In this document: positions 1 to 12,359 of the stretch, piece after piece
Layout of the letters: the number at the start of each line of letters is the position of its first letter
Position numbering within the stretch: position 1 is the stretch's first letter
DNA from: Batkoa obscura
Taxonomy: Eukaryota
Direction: 5' to 3'
NCBI GenBank assembly: GCA_030770535.1
Contig: JASVEC010000028.1
Location: 372,001 to 436,000, forward strand
DNA: 64,000 nucleotides
The notes under the pieces: generated by a model
Seen by the model: the letters and a program-made list of their open reading frames with translations, nothing else
What the model was told of the DNA's origin: nothing
The model's database searches: none
Position numbers and translations under genes: made by a program

Positions 1-27
1 GCATTAAATACTAAAAGTTCTATTAGC

Positions 28-414
28 TCAAAACAAAATGTAAAAAATTAAACTTACATAAACTTGAAAACTCAGAGTAGAGATAAAGAATATAAAGATA
101 GCTAATAGATAATAAATAAAGTACTCTTTACCTAAAAATAGATATAAAGCTCCAAAAACTACTCCAGATATTAAAGGTAAGATTATAAATATTCGCAAGC
201 AATAGGTACGTAGTATCACCCTTTTTAATTCCTTTTTTTGATTCGTATCGCCATGCATTATTATGCTATAACAAGCTTGATCAAGAGTAAATTTTAAAGT
301 GTAATGAGATTTTAGTTTAAACCCGTGTGATAGACCATTAGTTGTACTAATAGATTCTGATTGTGGCATATCATTATTAATTATAGATAATTGAACAGTG
401 TTTTGTAGACTCAT
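28..414 (-). CDS. Hypothetical membrane protein (two hydrophobic segments); probably continues past the window edge via an intron
   Basis: ATG-started ORF with hydrophobic C-terminal half and a GTAAGT donor near its 3' end; a degraded paralog lies at ~1866-2196. Confidence 0.5.
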   Translation of the reverse strand: MSLQNTVQLSIINNDMPQSESISTTNGLSHGFKLKSHYTLKFTLDQACYSIIMHGDTNQKKELKRVILRTYCLRIFIILPLISGVVFGALYLFLGKEYFIYYLLAIFIFFISTLSFQVYVSLIFYILF

Positions 415-1256
415 AGGCTGAGTATAGTTATTGATTAATTTAAAATTTTAAAATATAAGTGAACTTCTTTTAGTAAATCAATTAAAATAATTTTTTTCTC
501 TGTATTTAAACTGACTGAACGAACCAAATAAATAGCTTTTTTGAAATTAATCTTCTATTTATGATTTTTCTTCTATTTTACTTAATGGCATATTAATGAA
601 GAAGTATTTTGCCGCCAATTAACCACAAACAGCTCTAAAAAGGGTTCTTATAAGGTTTATGGAAAGTTTATGAAACCATTAATAAAAATAAAAAAAAAAG
701 TAGTTAAAAGTGTGAAGTCATAAAAGAAAGTATAACTTTTATCTATTTCTTTTCGGTGTAATAAGTTTACAAACACTTTCTTTTTAACTTTAAAAGTAAT
801 TTTTGTTGATAAATTAATAGACATAAAGTACTCTCACAACTTAAACAAATAATAACCCCTGTGACTTTTAAAGAATACTAAAACCTACGTAGTGATAGGT
901 CTGAATTACACCTTTATACTAGCATTTTCATTTTTTTCATTTTGTTTAATAAATTTTAAAGTTACTAATATTATGTCTACTTTTGAAGTTTTAAAAAGTA
1001 TTAATTTAATTTGAAATTGTACATGTTAAACGCTTCAAAAAAGTTGTTATAAAATCATATCTTTTATTGATGTAAATCTTCAAGTATGTATTTATATCAC
1101 AAGGCCTTGTTTTAATATACTAAACCCTGATTGCTAGAAAAATTATATTATAAGATATTTTAAAGCTATAATTTAATGCAATTATTATATAAGAACTTTA
1201 TTATTTTTATGTTCAGTTTTCTTATTCAAGCCAATTAAAAGCTAGAAAAAGTATAT

Positions 1257-1352
1257 GAGATGTATTTTTTTAAGAATTTTACTAACAATCTTTCCGCTCA
1301 AATAAATAGCCCTTAAAAAATGGAAAAAGTAATGAAACCAAAAAAAATCCCT
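1257..1352 (+). mobile_element. MITE family A, copy 1 (TSD ATAT)
   Basis: Matches the ~97-bp consensus GGGGATGTATTTTT...TACTAAC...GGAAAAAGTAATGAAACCAAAAAAACATCCYC. Confidence 0.85.
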
Positions 1353-1608
1353 ATATGATTTCTGCTTAATTTTTAAAAAATTATAAAAAATATCATTGAT
1401 TGTATTTATGATGGTAGCATTTTATTGATTTTATAATTGCTAACACTATTTTATTATTTAGAAATATTTGGTTTATTTTAATCATTGACTTTAATTTATT
1501 ATAGTGAATAATATTTGTCGATATCAATTTAAAAAATTTATTCGCAATAGACTAAAGCTTTTTAATAAGGTTTTATATAATTTTGTAATCACTTTTAAAA
1601 TAATATAT

Positions 1609-1707
1609 GGGGGTGTTTCTTTTGGCTTCATCACTTTTTCCATCTTTTAAGCGCTATTTGAGCGGAAAAATTGTTAGTAAAATTCTTAAACAAAAAAATA
1701 TATCCTC
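1609..1707 (-). mobile_element. MITE family A, copy 2 (TSD ATAT)
   Basis: Consensus match in reverse orientation; GGG...CTC ends. Confidence 0.9.
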
Positions 1708-1865
1708 ATATAAGGATTTTTAAATAACCCTCATTTAGACTTTAAAATTTCGTGGCTTATTTAAATATATTAATATCATTTTGTTCATAACCATAAATAT
1801 ATCTTGGTATATAAAATCATATTCACAGCTCTTAACAATCCGGTACAGTTCCTTTTATTATTATT

Positions 1866-2196
1866 TTAATATAATTTTATTATAGATATTATCATATCTG
1901 TTATAATTAAATAGAAAAATATAAACATCATTATCAATATCAGTGGCAGTATTATAAGCATTCTGAAGATATAAATATGCATTATTACTCTTTTCAATTC
2001 TTCTTTTAATTCAGTATGACCATTTGTCATTATTTGTAAAAAACTCAACCAAGGTTATCATTTAAAGTGCAATGAAACTTCAAAATAAAACTTTTATAAA
2101 AAAATTATAGTCCTGTTAATATGTTCTGATGGTGGATCATTATACCCATTCCAGACTTCGCAATAGCATTTGATAGAACCTTAGTTTTATTTGACA
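1866..2196 (-). pseudogene. Degraded paralog of the 28..414 membrane protein
   Basis: IMTNGHTELKEELKRVIMHIYIFRMLIILPLI aligns with IMHGDTNQKKELKRVILRTYCLRIFIILPLI; stops and frameshifts in the 5' part. Confidence 0.55.
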
Positions 2197-3869
2197 TTAT
2201 TAATTGCTTGCTAACTTTAAAATATGAGTTTTCATCAAATTAGTCTAAAAGTTATTGATGTTTGTCCAACATTCCTTAAAGTACGACACTGTTATACTTT
2301 TTGTAAATGGCAGCTTGATCCTTGTTATTGTTTAATTTAATAGCATCTCATTTATAACATAATCACTTGAATGCTAACTCATTGCCAAGAATTCTAAAAG
2401 TACCTCATTGTTACTATTTTTAAAGAATTCAGTATACAAATAGCACTAATTTTTTGACAAACTTACAAAATATCCATTTGTTTATCCTCTACAACAAAAA
2501 ACCATATTACAAAAAAAGCAAATGCATGATACTTATACTTAAATGTATCTGAGATCCCACCTTTTTTCTCATAAACCATAAATTTTATTTTCAAAGTGAC
2601 CTTTATTTTTTCAACAGTTGATGTTAAAAAGCTAATTTGCATATATTTTTTTCTGAAAAAAAATTCTACAACCAAACTCCGGTCATTTTCTTGTCAAGGC
2701 CCATCCTTCCTACTAATAAATTAATATATTATCTATGTTGTTCCCCAACGATATTGTTGGCTACTTTGCAGTTTACGATCTGGTCCTTCCACATTCGAAC
2801 TTTTTTTAGTGAAGTCTTTTTAAAATAAACTCTACTTCAATAATTACTTTATAAATCTAAAGAGGCAAAAATCCCTTTTTACAAGGGCTCTTTTAACCTA
2901 ACCACTTCTGCTACTATGATAATTTGATATTTTTTAATTGCATTATTTGATACTTGATTAATAAACGCTGCTTTTTATAAGTATTTCCAAAATAACTCTG
3001 ACTGTTTCGACCCCCCGCAATTCTATTTTTGATAGATCTACTTTTTTGATATTGGTTAGTTTAAAAACTCAGTTTAACTTTTGTCCAACCTAGGATCCTG
3101 GTAAAAATTGCAAATTAAGCACAAAGTGCTACAAATTTTTTTGCTTAATTTTAAAATTACTCATAGGAGCATTTTTTATCAATTATAAGATTTTTTCAAA
3201 AATTTACATTATATAGAAAATGGAAAATTTCATCCTTGATTTCAACTAAGCTTTTAAACTTACCCATATGTAATATGTTGATAAAAAGACAGCCTTAGAA
3301 TAATGGCCACTGTTTTCATGGAAATCTATTGTATAGCTTTATAAATTTTCTGCCTTTTGTTATTGTTAGTTAGTTTTTACAGTATTTTTAGCATTTGAGA
3401 ACATCAATTTATTCTTTTAACACTATAGAAGTTATATTGACTATTAAAAATTAATTGAATCAAAATATTTTAAATACTTTCGATATAAATAAATGCCAAT
3501 TTATTAATGTCATTGATTGAGTTAATAACATGATAGCTGGTCTTGAAATAAAACAGTTTTAAATATAAAATCGATATGAAAGTTTCATACTATTAGTTGT
3601 GTTGAAAAAATTAAATTATTAAAAAGAAACCAGCCTGTTTTGCAATATAGATACAACTTTGGTTAAAAACAAGCACAACCTCCATTTTTTCCCGAAGTTT
3701 CACAAATCGAATCACGGCTCAACCAAAGTTCTAGAAAAAAAAATTTAGTCAATTAATTGATTGAGCTTAAAGTAGTAATTACACTCAATATTTATAAAGC
3801 ATATAAAGCCCTATAGACCCCATCTCCGTTTCCCAACTTTAATAATTTTATTTGTAGATCAAATAAACG

Positions 3870-4544
3870 ATGAAACCTTGGGTCCTATTACCATTCTTGG
3901 GCTTCATATTAACATTCAACACTCGCTCCCTGCTGCTTGAATCCATCAATGAAAAGCGAGCAGCTGTTGACTTAACTCCATTGGTTGAAGATCCTAAATT
4001 GACCAAGTTAGCTTCAGCTCATTGTCTAAATTTACAAGATTATTCAAAGAGCATAGAGCATAACTGGTATGGCAGCTATGAGTGTAACTACTCCAATAAT
4101 AACGGATGTAAACAAGTGATGGATACAATTTCGGGGTACAAGGGAAATGCTACTGAATTAATTTATGTTAGAAATGAGAGTGGAACTTTAGAGTCCAAAG
4201 AGAGTGATACCATAACTCAAAAAAAGTGGTCAGGTATTGGGGTAGTTTCCACTAGCGATTGTAATATTGTATGGGTGGGAGACCAAGCAGTAGATAACAT
4301 AAGTGCAAATATAAATACGGACCAAAATGGAAATGAAAATAAAACCCAAAAGAATAAAGATGGTAGTTTTGATAAAGCTGCCAACTTAATTGAATCAAAG
4401 GTAGATTTCGGAAATTTTGTCAAAGTAACGCCCTTGTCTTCAGATACAGAAAATGACACTGGCGGTTCATGGTTTGATACTGATTTTGAGCTTCCTAAAG
4501 GAGTCGATATCCAACTGAGGAAAGGACGCAATACTAAACATTAA
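3870..4544 (+). CDS. Secreted CAP/SCP-domain protein, intronless
   Basis: Signal-peptide-like N-terminus; INEKRAAVDLTPLVEDPKLTKLASAH is a CAP N-terminal motif; WSGIGV...VWVG; TATA-like TATAAA at ~3793-3808. Confidence 0.7.
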   Translation: MKPWVLLPFLGFILTFNTRSLLLESINEKRAAVDLTPLVEDPKLTKLASAHCLNLQDYSKSIEHNWYGSYECNYSNNNGCKQVMDTISGYKGNATELIYVRNESGTLESKESDTITQKKWSGIGVVSTSDCNIVWVGDQAVDNISANINTDQNGNENKTQKNKDGSFDKAANLIESKVDFGNFVKVTPLSSDTENDTGGSWFDTDFELPKGVDIQLRKGRNTKH

Positions 4545-7500
4545 ATTCAAAATAAATAAACTCAACGACCAGTTATATATACTATTTCACTTTCCTCTTT
4601 AAATGTCAAATTAATAATAATTTTATAAGTTGAATAATTTTAAAATTAGGCATAACATTTAGCTAATAAGCTAACTTTATCTATAGTTTGTTCTAAAAGA
4701 ACCAAATACTTTATTAAAATATAGTACTTCGAGTAACAAATGGGATAATATCATTGATCATACACTCTGCTTTCAATTCAATAAAATACTTTAGAGTATT
4801 GGAACATTTAAATAAGGTTTTATTTAGTAATTTTTTGATAATTATGGCTTTATTATCGAGAATATAATTAAAACGATAGAAATTGAAAGCAATTATATAA
4901 AGCTTAGCGAAAGAGAAAAATTCAGTGACATTGTTGAATCCTCAACTCTACTTAACAAGAAATGAGGTGTCGTTGCTAATTTATTTAACCCAATGGTTAT
5001 ACTTTGTGAAATATGGCACAGTCTATATTTTAACTTGTTAGAATGATTTAGATGTTTACCAACTTCACTTGATGTAATGATAAGTAATCGTTAAATATAC
5101 GATAGGGTAAACATAATATCTGAAAACTGGATAAGAAATCCAACTAAAATCAAATTCAATATACAATGAATATTAAGTGAGCTTAAATTACTGTTGTTGA
5201 GCCTAAAATTACACTCTGGTTTTGGTATTTTAAATGATAACACTGTTGTATCATATTTTGATATTGAATTAGACATTGAATCAAAAACAAAAACCGACTA
5301 CGCTAGCTTTCCTTCTGTACTTAGTTTATAATTGGATTTATATACTCTATTTAACCGTATAGCCCCTGTGATTGTTTTAGCAATGATTGACAACATGACA
5401 TGTTTGCGATTAATATAGAGAGAGCCTTCAAGATGAATCAGAATAAGAGTAATAGCTTTTAGACCAGAAAAAGAGATAGAGTTATTTTTAGGATTATTGA
5501 AATGGAGGCTAATATAATAATTGACTTGATTCAAAAGTTGAATTGACAGCTTGGTCTCTGGTAACCAAGTTAAACCACAAGCTAAGATAGTCAATTTTAG
5601 TTAACATTTAAAGAATCGAAATCAATTTTTTTTCTATAAAAAATGCTAAACACTTGCAAACATTTTCAATAAATGACCTTAAAATTATATTAAAAAATTG
5701 CCGGTTCATAGCATTGTTAAATAATCAATCATCTACAGTTATATTTGCTTTATACCTACTTATACTCTCTAAAATAAGTTGAAATACTTTCAACCCTTTA
5801 TTTTCATTTTTTGTGTTTAAATACTGTAAAACACTTAAAACAATATACATATGTACTCCAAGGATATAACGCTGTAGACTTTGTTTCATCAAAGTTTTTA
5901 GGGTTTAATTGAACAACTTAACCCTCATCTTTCTTAGGTATATATTCAATAAAGTCATTTTGAAAACGTGCTTTATATGTCTTATTAATAGGGATGGGGG
6001 AATCATGTTGAGCTTTCCCCTTCTTTCCCTTATCTACAAAGTGAATCATGGTTAATCCCTCTTTTTTTCCTTTAGTTTTCTGGCGATCCCGTATAATAAT
6101 TATAAATTTGAAATATTTTTCGGTGCTATATTTGTATTTGTACTTAGATTTGACTCAAGCTCCCTAGGTAATACAAGAACCAATCCAGCAAAAAATGTGT
6201 TTGGATCAAAGTGATATCTTTTGACTATTCAAATTATAGATGCTATTTAAAAAGTTTAATTTTATTGACATTCTTTAATAATACAAAAAACTCATCATTC
6301 CTTTTTTATGCTGAAAATTTCCGTTTTTGTTAAGTTCTTATGTAGAATTCTTGGTTGCCATTCTCTCCCTTATTTTTTTTGAGTTTAAAAATAAGTTGAA
6401 AACTTAATTTTATTTAGGTTTTTAAAAAATAGTCATCTAGGTAAATTAAATCATTGTTTATAAAGTTTGATAGTAGAAAAATTAATATTTGGCAATTGTT
6501 GATAGCTTTAGTATAATTATATATAGTTAGTTTGAAAAATGAAATATTAGCCCGAAAAATACAAAGTCTAGGAGCGGATAACCGAGAGTCAACTTACCCT
6601 GGTAGATTTTGGATTTGGTCTTACCTCACCCCATTCAAGAACAGAAGATGATTGAGTTTTTCCTCACTTGAAGAACCATGAGATTATACTACAAGTTTTT
6701 CTGAGATAATTCTCCATTGGACCTCTTCTCATTCCTTAATTAATAAAAAACACTATGATGTTTTACGCTTTTAATTATTTAAAAAAAAAAGCAACTCAAT
6801 CTATACTTTAATTTTAAAAGAAACAAACTAGCTATACTATGGCCAGGTAAAAATAAGAGGTATTGAAGAAAAGACTCTAAAAGATCAGTTTACTAGAACT
6901 ATAAAAGAGCCATAATACAACTAACTCCCTAATAGGTTCAAAACTTTATGACAAACATTTGAATGGCTACGAACTAATATTTTACTTCCATCCCATTGTT
7001 CGAAACTTTTGTTCATACTATAAAAATGCTAGTTATGCTTTCAAACCTAACATATATCCCATTTGTATAAATATTATTACTTACATCTTTGAACTAATTT
7101 TTATCTTACTACTAGTATATTATTTCATAGTAGTAAAAAACCAATAGTAACTTTTTAATTCACTTTTTAAGTAAGAAATCGCTTGAAAAACAATTTTGTT
7201 ATATAGAAAATAAAACTATTTTATGAAAATATACAGTTATATTGAATATTTGAAAATAGAACATTTAATCTTCGTATGCTTTTAATTCAAACATAGCCTA
7301 TCTATGATAAAAATTATTACAAAATTTCTATAAATTTTGGGCTTGTATATATGATAGCTCTGAATTTTGATAGCGAATACTTCTCAACATAAGTACTTTA
7401 ACATTTCTCTATTCATTTATTAAGTAAGTACACTTACCGTTACCTTTTTAGTCCATTGCGCTTTTAAATGGAAACTTGTAAACAAAGACATCATTGATAA

Positions 7501-7766
7501 TGTTACTCCTGTTAGTTATAATGCTATCAATGATATGAATTTTATACGTTCCCTATAAATTATAATTTTTTGTTAGTATAGTCAGAGATATATTTCAGAT
7601 AGTGAAAACCATATCTTCAAAACAGTAGTTTTAGTGATAAAGGGAATTAATTATATTTAACATATCTCGTATTTAAAAAAAATATCAATTACTATAAAAT
7701 ACTACTTAAAAGAACACAAATGCAGAGAACATAACATAATGAATTACTTATTTTAATCAAAGTAAT

Positions 7767-8784
7767 CTAACAAGATCTAGGATCAACTTCACTGGCTTTA
7801 CGTTTGCCATAAGCGCTTCTACACTTCCAACCATAGCTTAAGTTCAACCAACATTTAGGGGTACCGTATGCTTTAAGGGTATATATGATACCATCACTAT
7901 CAGTACATTCATTTCCAGCTGTTAGGCATTTTGGTAAAAGTTCAACGAAACATATCAACAGGTCAACTTAATTAGCAGCGCAAGAAGCGCCATTTTTGTT
8001 GGTACAATTCCAAATATTACCAGATTTATGCCAGCAAGCTGGGGCTTTAGGATCAATTGGGCGAAAACTAGAATAACTACGACGACAACGGTCTTTTTTA
8101 GTTGGGAATTCTAGCGTAGTAGGAGCTGGAGGAGGGATGTTGCATGATTTGAGATCTAATTCACCTTCAGAAGCATCACATTTGGTATCTGTATTCCCTC
8201 GACAAGTCCATCCACAAGTAGCTTTTGACCAGCACTTTAGTGCAAATATGCTATTTGCGTTATGGGCAATATCACCAGATTCACATGTTTCAGCGGCCAT
8301 TGGGCATTCAGGTACAGTAGAACTAGGTAGCTTTGGTGGTTTAATGTTGCATTTTTTTGACATCAGCTTCCCCTTTTGAATTATCACAAGTAGCATCATT
8401 TTTCCCACGACAAGACCAGCCAGATTCAAAGGATGCTGACCTTTTCCAACATTTTGGTACACTGTAACTATTTGGATGGTAAATCGTGTAACCAAACAAA
8501 CAAGAATCTTAGAGTTTTGGACATTCTGGTTCAACTTGTTTACAATTTCCAATATCAATTGGGTTGTTATAACCAGTACACTTACTATGTTTTTTGGCTT
8601 TACATTGGCAACCATTATAAGATTGAGTCTAACATTGGGGCGCCTTAGGATCGGAAAATGAGAAAATACCATAACCAGAACGACAGTTCTCAGTGCGCTT
8701 TGGACAGTTATATGTATAGACTTCTGTACTTGTTAATAATGGTACTAAAATAGAAATTAATTTGTTCGACTTTAAAATATTCAA
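7767..8784 (-). pseudogene. Pseudogene of a probably secreted protein with five tandem six-cysteine repeats
   Basis: Repeats of C-P-x4-C...P-x-C-W-x5-G-W-x-C...C...E-x-D-x3-C; in-frame stops at 8629-8631, 8509-8511 and 7968-7970; frameshift in the T7 run 8352-8358; TTG where a start is expected. Confidence 0.75.
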
Positions 8785-9074
8785 ATTATTGTTTTTTGTT
8801 GTTTTTTGCTTATTTTTATAGTCTTCTTAATATTGAAACTTATATGTTACTAATTATTTTATATATATTTTAGTTGTACCAATTTACCTGATTTTCAATT
8901 CCAAGAGGAATATTTTTAATCAATTGGGAAGCCTACCACTAATATCAGGTTTAGTTCCATATTTGAGCAATTTCAAAGGTTTAAAATTTATTAAATATTA
9001 TTAAAAAGTTTTTTTAAGTTTTTGATTTAGTTTGACACTTTATGTGCCTCTTAAATCATAGAATTGAAGGATAT

Positions 9075-9173
9075 GGGGATGTCTTTTTTGGCTTCATCAT
9101 TTTTTCCATTTTTTAAGCACTATTTGGGTGGAAAATTTGTTAGTAAAATTCTTAAACACAAAAATACATCCTC
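9075..9173 (-). mobile_element. MITE family A, copy 3 (TSD ATAT)
   Basis: Consensus match; terminal inverted repeats GGGGATGT/ACATCCTC. Confidence 0.9.
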
Positions 9174-9383
9174 ATATGGTAATAGATTTTATTTTATTTT
9201 TAGCATTTATTAGGTTGGTAATGGACGCCACAGCTTAGTTATATATTTATATCAGTTTTTAAAGGTTAAAAATTTATTAAGTATTATTGAAAAAAAGTTG
9301 TTTTGAGTTTCAATGTTAATTTAATATTATACTTATTTTTTAAGGAATAATATTTGAGGATACATCAATAAATTAAAGCTTAT

Positions 9384-9865
9384 TGTGAAAGTTGATACTC
9401 AGTGGTCGGAGTTAAAAGCTACTCTTGCTTAATTAACTTGCCTTGAGCCGAACGGTCTTAGTTTATGTAACTAAAATAGACTTAACTTAATAGGAATAGT
9501 ATGTAATAAGCTACGAATTACGTAAAACAAATACAATGGAAGATACTACTGTAAAATCTATATAAGATGTTGTCAGAAGGACTTAGTGACTTTATTAATG
9601 ATACGTTATCAGCGAGTAATCCAATTAAAAAAGCCTCGAGTTAGTATGTTGAAGAATCTCTTTTATGTTCCAACTGGGTGGCTATATATAAGGAACATTA
9701 TAACAGTTATTCCTTATTATAGTTGCCAAGTATGGACATTAAAACGTGGGCAATAAGTTCTTCATGATCAGGTGGTAGCAATTCTCACAGCAAATCTATA
9801 TAAGGAACTCTGAATTGATTATCATATTATAATCAATCCTAGAGCTAATGAACCGATATTTCACA
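9384..9865 (+). mobile_element. Solo-LTR-like repeat family B, copy 1 (TSD TTAT)
   Basis: TGTGAAA...TTTCACA ends flanked by TTAT on both sides; homologous to 33205-33665 and 11004-11499. Confidence 0.8.
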
Positions 9866-9937
9866 TTATTTTTAGTATTTCATTACAAAGATAATTGATG
9901 TTAATATATATATATAGGTTTATTTTAATAAATATAT

Positions 9938-10032
9938 GGGGATATTTTTGGCTTCATTACTTTTTCCATTTTTTAAGCGCCATTCAAGTGGAAAAACTGC
10001 TAGTAAAATTCTTAAACAAAAAATACATCCCC
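9938..10032 (-). mobile_element. MITE family A, copy 4 (TSD ATAT)
   Basis: Consensus match. Confidence 0.9.
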
Positions 10033-11003
10033 ATATGTTTTTTTGCAAGTTAAATAACGTTTTTCTAATTTTAAGCTACTTAAAGTGGATAAAAAACTGA
10101 AGTGAAAAAAACATTTATTAACCTTGTTTTGCCATAGTTAATAAGATTCTTAATTAATCAAATGCAATTATTGTTTTTATAGTCATTAAATAGTTTAGTA
10201 TAAAACTCGAAAGCTATATTTTAAAGCAATGTTTATTATATTTAATAATAAAGTTGATGCAAAACAATTTTCTATTATAAAAGTGTTATTATTTATATCA
10301 TTTAGCATTAAGTAAATTTTAGCTATTAAAAGTGTTAAAATACGGTAGTAGCAATAAAATGCTGCTAGCTAAGTTTATTATGGAGGCATTAAAAGTGGTA
10401 GTAAAATAGATAAGCTAGCTAACTAAGCATAGAAAGTCTCCCATATATTTTAAATTTAAATAATAGTGAAAAACAATACCCAGTTAATTAAACATAAAAA
10501 ATCTGCCATATAATTTAAATTTAAGTTACAATAAGAAACATCTGCTAGTTAAAAAAATAAGAAAAATTTGTATATAATTTACAGAAAAGCAATTAACAAA
10601 AACTGACTAATAATTTAATACAATAGGCTGGAAAAAGCAGAAAATAAATTTAAATCTAAAAATATAAGCTTGTTAAAATTCTACAAAATAGATTTTTCAT
10701 TAAAAAGCAAAAGTACCCAGACACAGTTTTAAATTATTTTATTATAATTTATATTATAAGTTAGCATAATTTTTATTAAATTTAATATAAATTCCCGGAT
10801 TAGCAAGGTTTTTACCAATATAACATATATATTAGTATTATTTAAAGTTGTAATATATAAATAAATACATATTTTTATAAAACTTTATTAAAAAGTATTT
10901 GTTATTAACTGTTTTATAGCTGACATTGGAGATTTGCTATCAAGTAAATAAATTATCTAATGTTATAATTATATTATTAGTATATTACTCTTAATAAATA
11001 TCC

Positions 11004-11499
11004 TGTAAAATATTGCTTTATTTAACTCTCGGATTAATTATAATATAATAATCATTGAACTTGTTTACAAACTAGTTGTAGTCTTGTAATCAATTTAACC
11101 GTGAACCATGTGGTATAATCAATCCAGAGTTCCTTGTTTTGATTTGTTGTGAGGATTTCCAACTTCATATTGCAAAGAATGATATCCTCTCATTTTGATA
11201 TCCGTGCTTGTTGGAGTATAAAAGAGATTCTTCAACATGACAACTCGAGGCTTTTTAACTGAATTACTCCCTGATATCGTACTATTAATAAAGCCACTAA
11301 GTCTTTCTGACAACATCTTACATAGATTTTACAGTAGTATTGTCTATTCTATTTATTTTACATAGTTCGTAACTTATTACGTATTATTCTTATTCATTTA
11401 AGTCTATCTTAGTTACATAAACTAAAACCGTTCGACTCAAGGCAAGTTGATCAACCAAGAACTACTTTTAACTCCAACCACTGAGTACCAACTTTCACA
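11004..11499 (-). mobile_element. Solo-LTR-like repeat family B, copy 2 (no TSD)
   Basis: Reverse complement begins TGTGAAAGTTGGTACTCAG and ends GCAATATTTTACA. Confidence 0.8.
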
Positions 11500-11834
11500 T
11501 AAGATAGACTTAAATTAGCAAGAATAGTGCGCAATAGGCTATAGACTATGTAAAACAAATGAGGATGTTTTTTTAGTTTCACTATTCTTTCTATCTTTTA
11601 AGTGCTATTTAAGTGGAAAAATTGTTAGTAAAATTCTTAAATACAAAAATATATCCCCAAATAGAATAGGATACTACTGTAAAATCTATGTAAGATGTTG
11701 TCAGAAAGACTTAATGGCTTTATTAATGGTATGATAGCATGGAATAATTCAATTAAAAAGCCTCGAGTTAGTATGCTGAAGGATTGACTATTATGTTATA
11801 ATCAATCATAGAATTGATGAAGCGATATTTCACA
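11500..11834 (+). mobile_element. Family B copy 3, 5'-truncated, internally deleted and interrupted by a MITE
   Basis: ATACTACTGTAAAATCTATGTAAGATGTTGTCAGAAAGAC... to GATATTTCACA matches family B. Confidence 0.75.
11561..11658 (-). mobile_element. MITE family A, copy 5 (TSD AAAT), nested in family B
   Basis: Consensus match; AAAT duplicated here but single in the uninterrupted family-B copies. Confidence 0.9.
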
Positions 11835-12286
11835 CAAGTTAATTTTATTATAAATAATTAAAAAACCTTTATTTATTTTTTTAAAATATCAAATTTCATA
11901 TAAAAATGTTTTTTTTAGTTTTATTACTTTTTTCATTTTTATATTCATTAGCTAAATGAATTATTTTATTAATAAAAACTAATAACTTTTATTATTATAA
12001 AATTAAATGAATATTTTTTTAAGCAATATATTATAGCTATTTTTAAATAAATACTAAAAAATAAGTTTATAATAATAATACTATTTACTTATTTTGTATG
12101 ATAAATATAAAATAGTCTTTAAAATATAAATTCATTATTGTTATTATTATTAAAGCAATAAACAATAAAACTATAAATTTATATTATAAAGCATTAAAGT
12201 TTTATAAAAAAGTTTCTATTATACTAGATAAAATATTTCAAAAAGAACTTTGTAATATTTAATAAAATAATTTTTTTAGCAGTATA

Positions 12287-12309
12287 TGCGCCCACCGCGG
12301 ATTGAACGC

Positions 12310-12353
<44 letters not shown>

Positions 12354-12359
12354 AGCCGC
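12287..12359 (-). tRNA. tRNA-Phe (GAA), intronless
   Basis: GCGGCTATAGCTCAGTTGGGAGAGCGTCAGACTGAAGATCTGAAGGTCCCGCGTTCAATCCGCGGTGGGCGCA folds into a 73-nt cloverleaf. Confidence 0.93.

Noticed and set aside
2400..6300. Short ORFs at 2463-2828 and 5091-5594 that may be decayed genes
   Set aside because: No recognisable motifs or paralogs, so no call can be supported
6540..6656. Possible protein-kinase relic (NISPKN...LTLVDFGFG)
   Set aside because: The motifs are in different frames, surrounded by stops, with no other kinase subdomains; could be chance
7767..8784. Stop-codon reassignment suggested by in-frame TAA/TAG in the Cys-repeat gene and the 26.6-27.7 kb gene
   Set aside because: The stops replace different residues (W, E), co-occur with frameshifts, and TAA/TAG end the conserved genes normally; ordinary pseudogenisation
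8970..9310. About 50-bp degenerate direct repeat on either side of MITE copy 3
   Set aside because: Low-complexity AT sequence; at most a small local duplication
11119..11316. 65-aa ORF inside repeat family B
   Set aside because: No ATG start and no recognisable transposon protein motif; probably incidental
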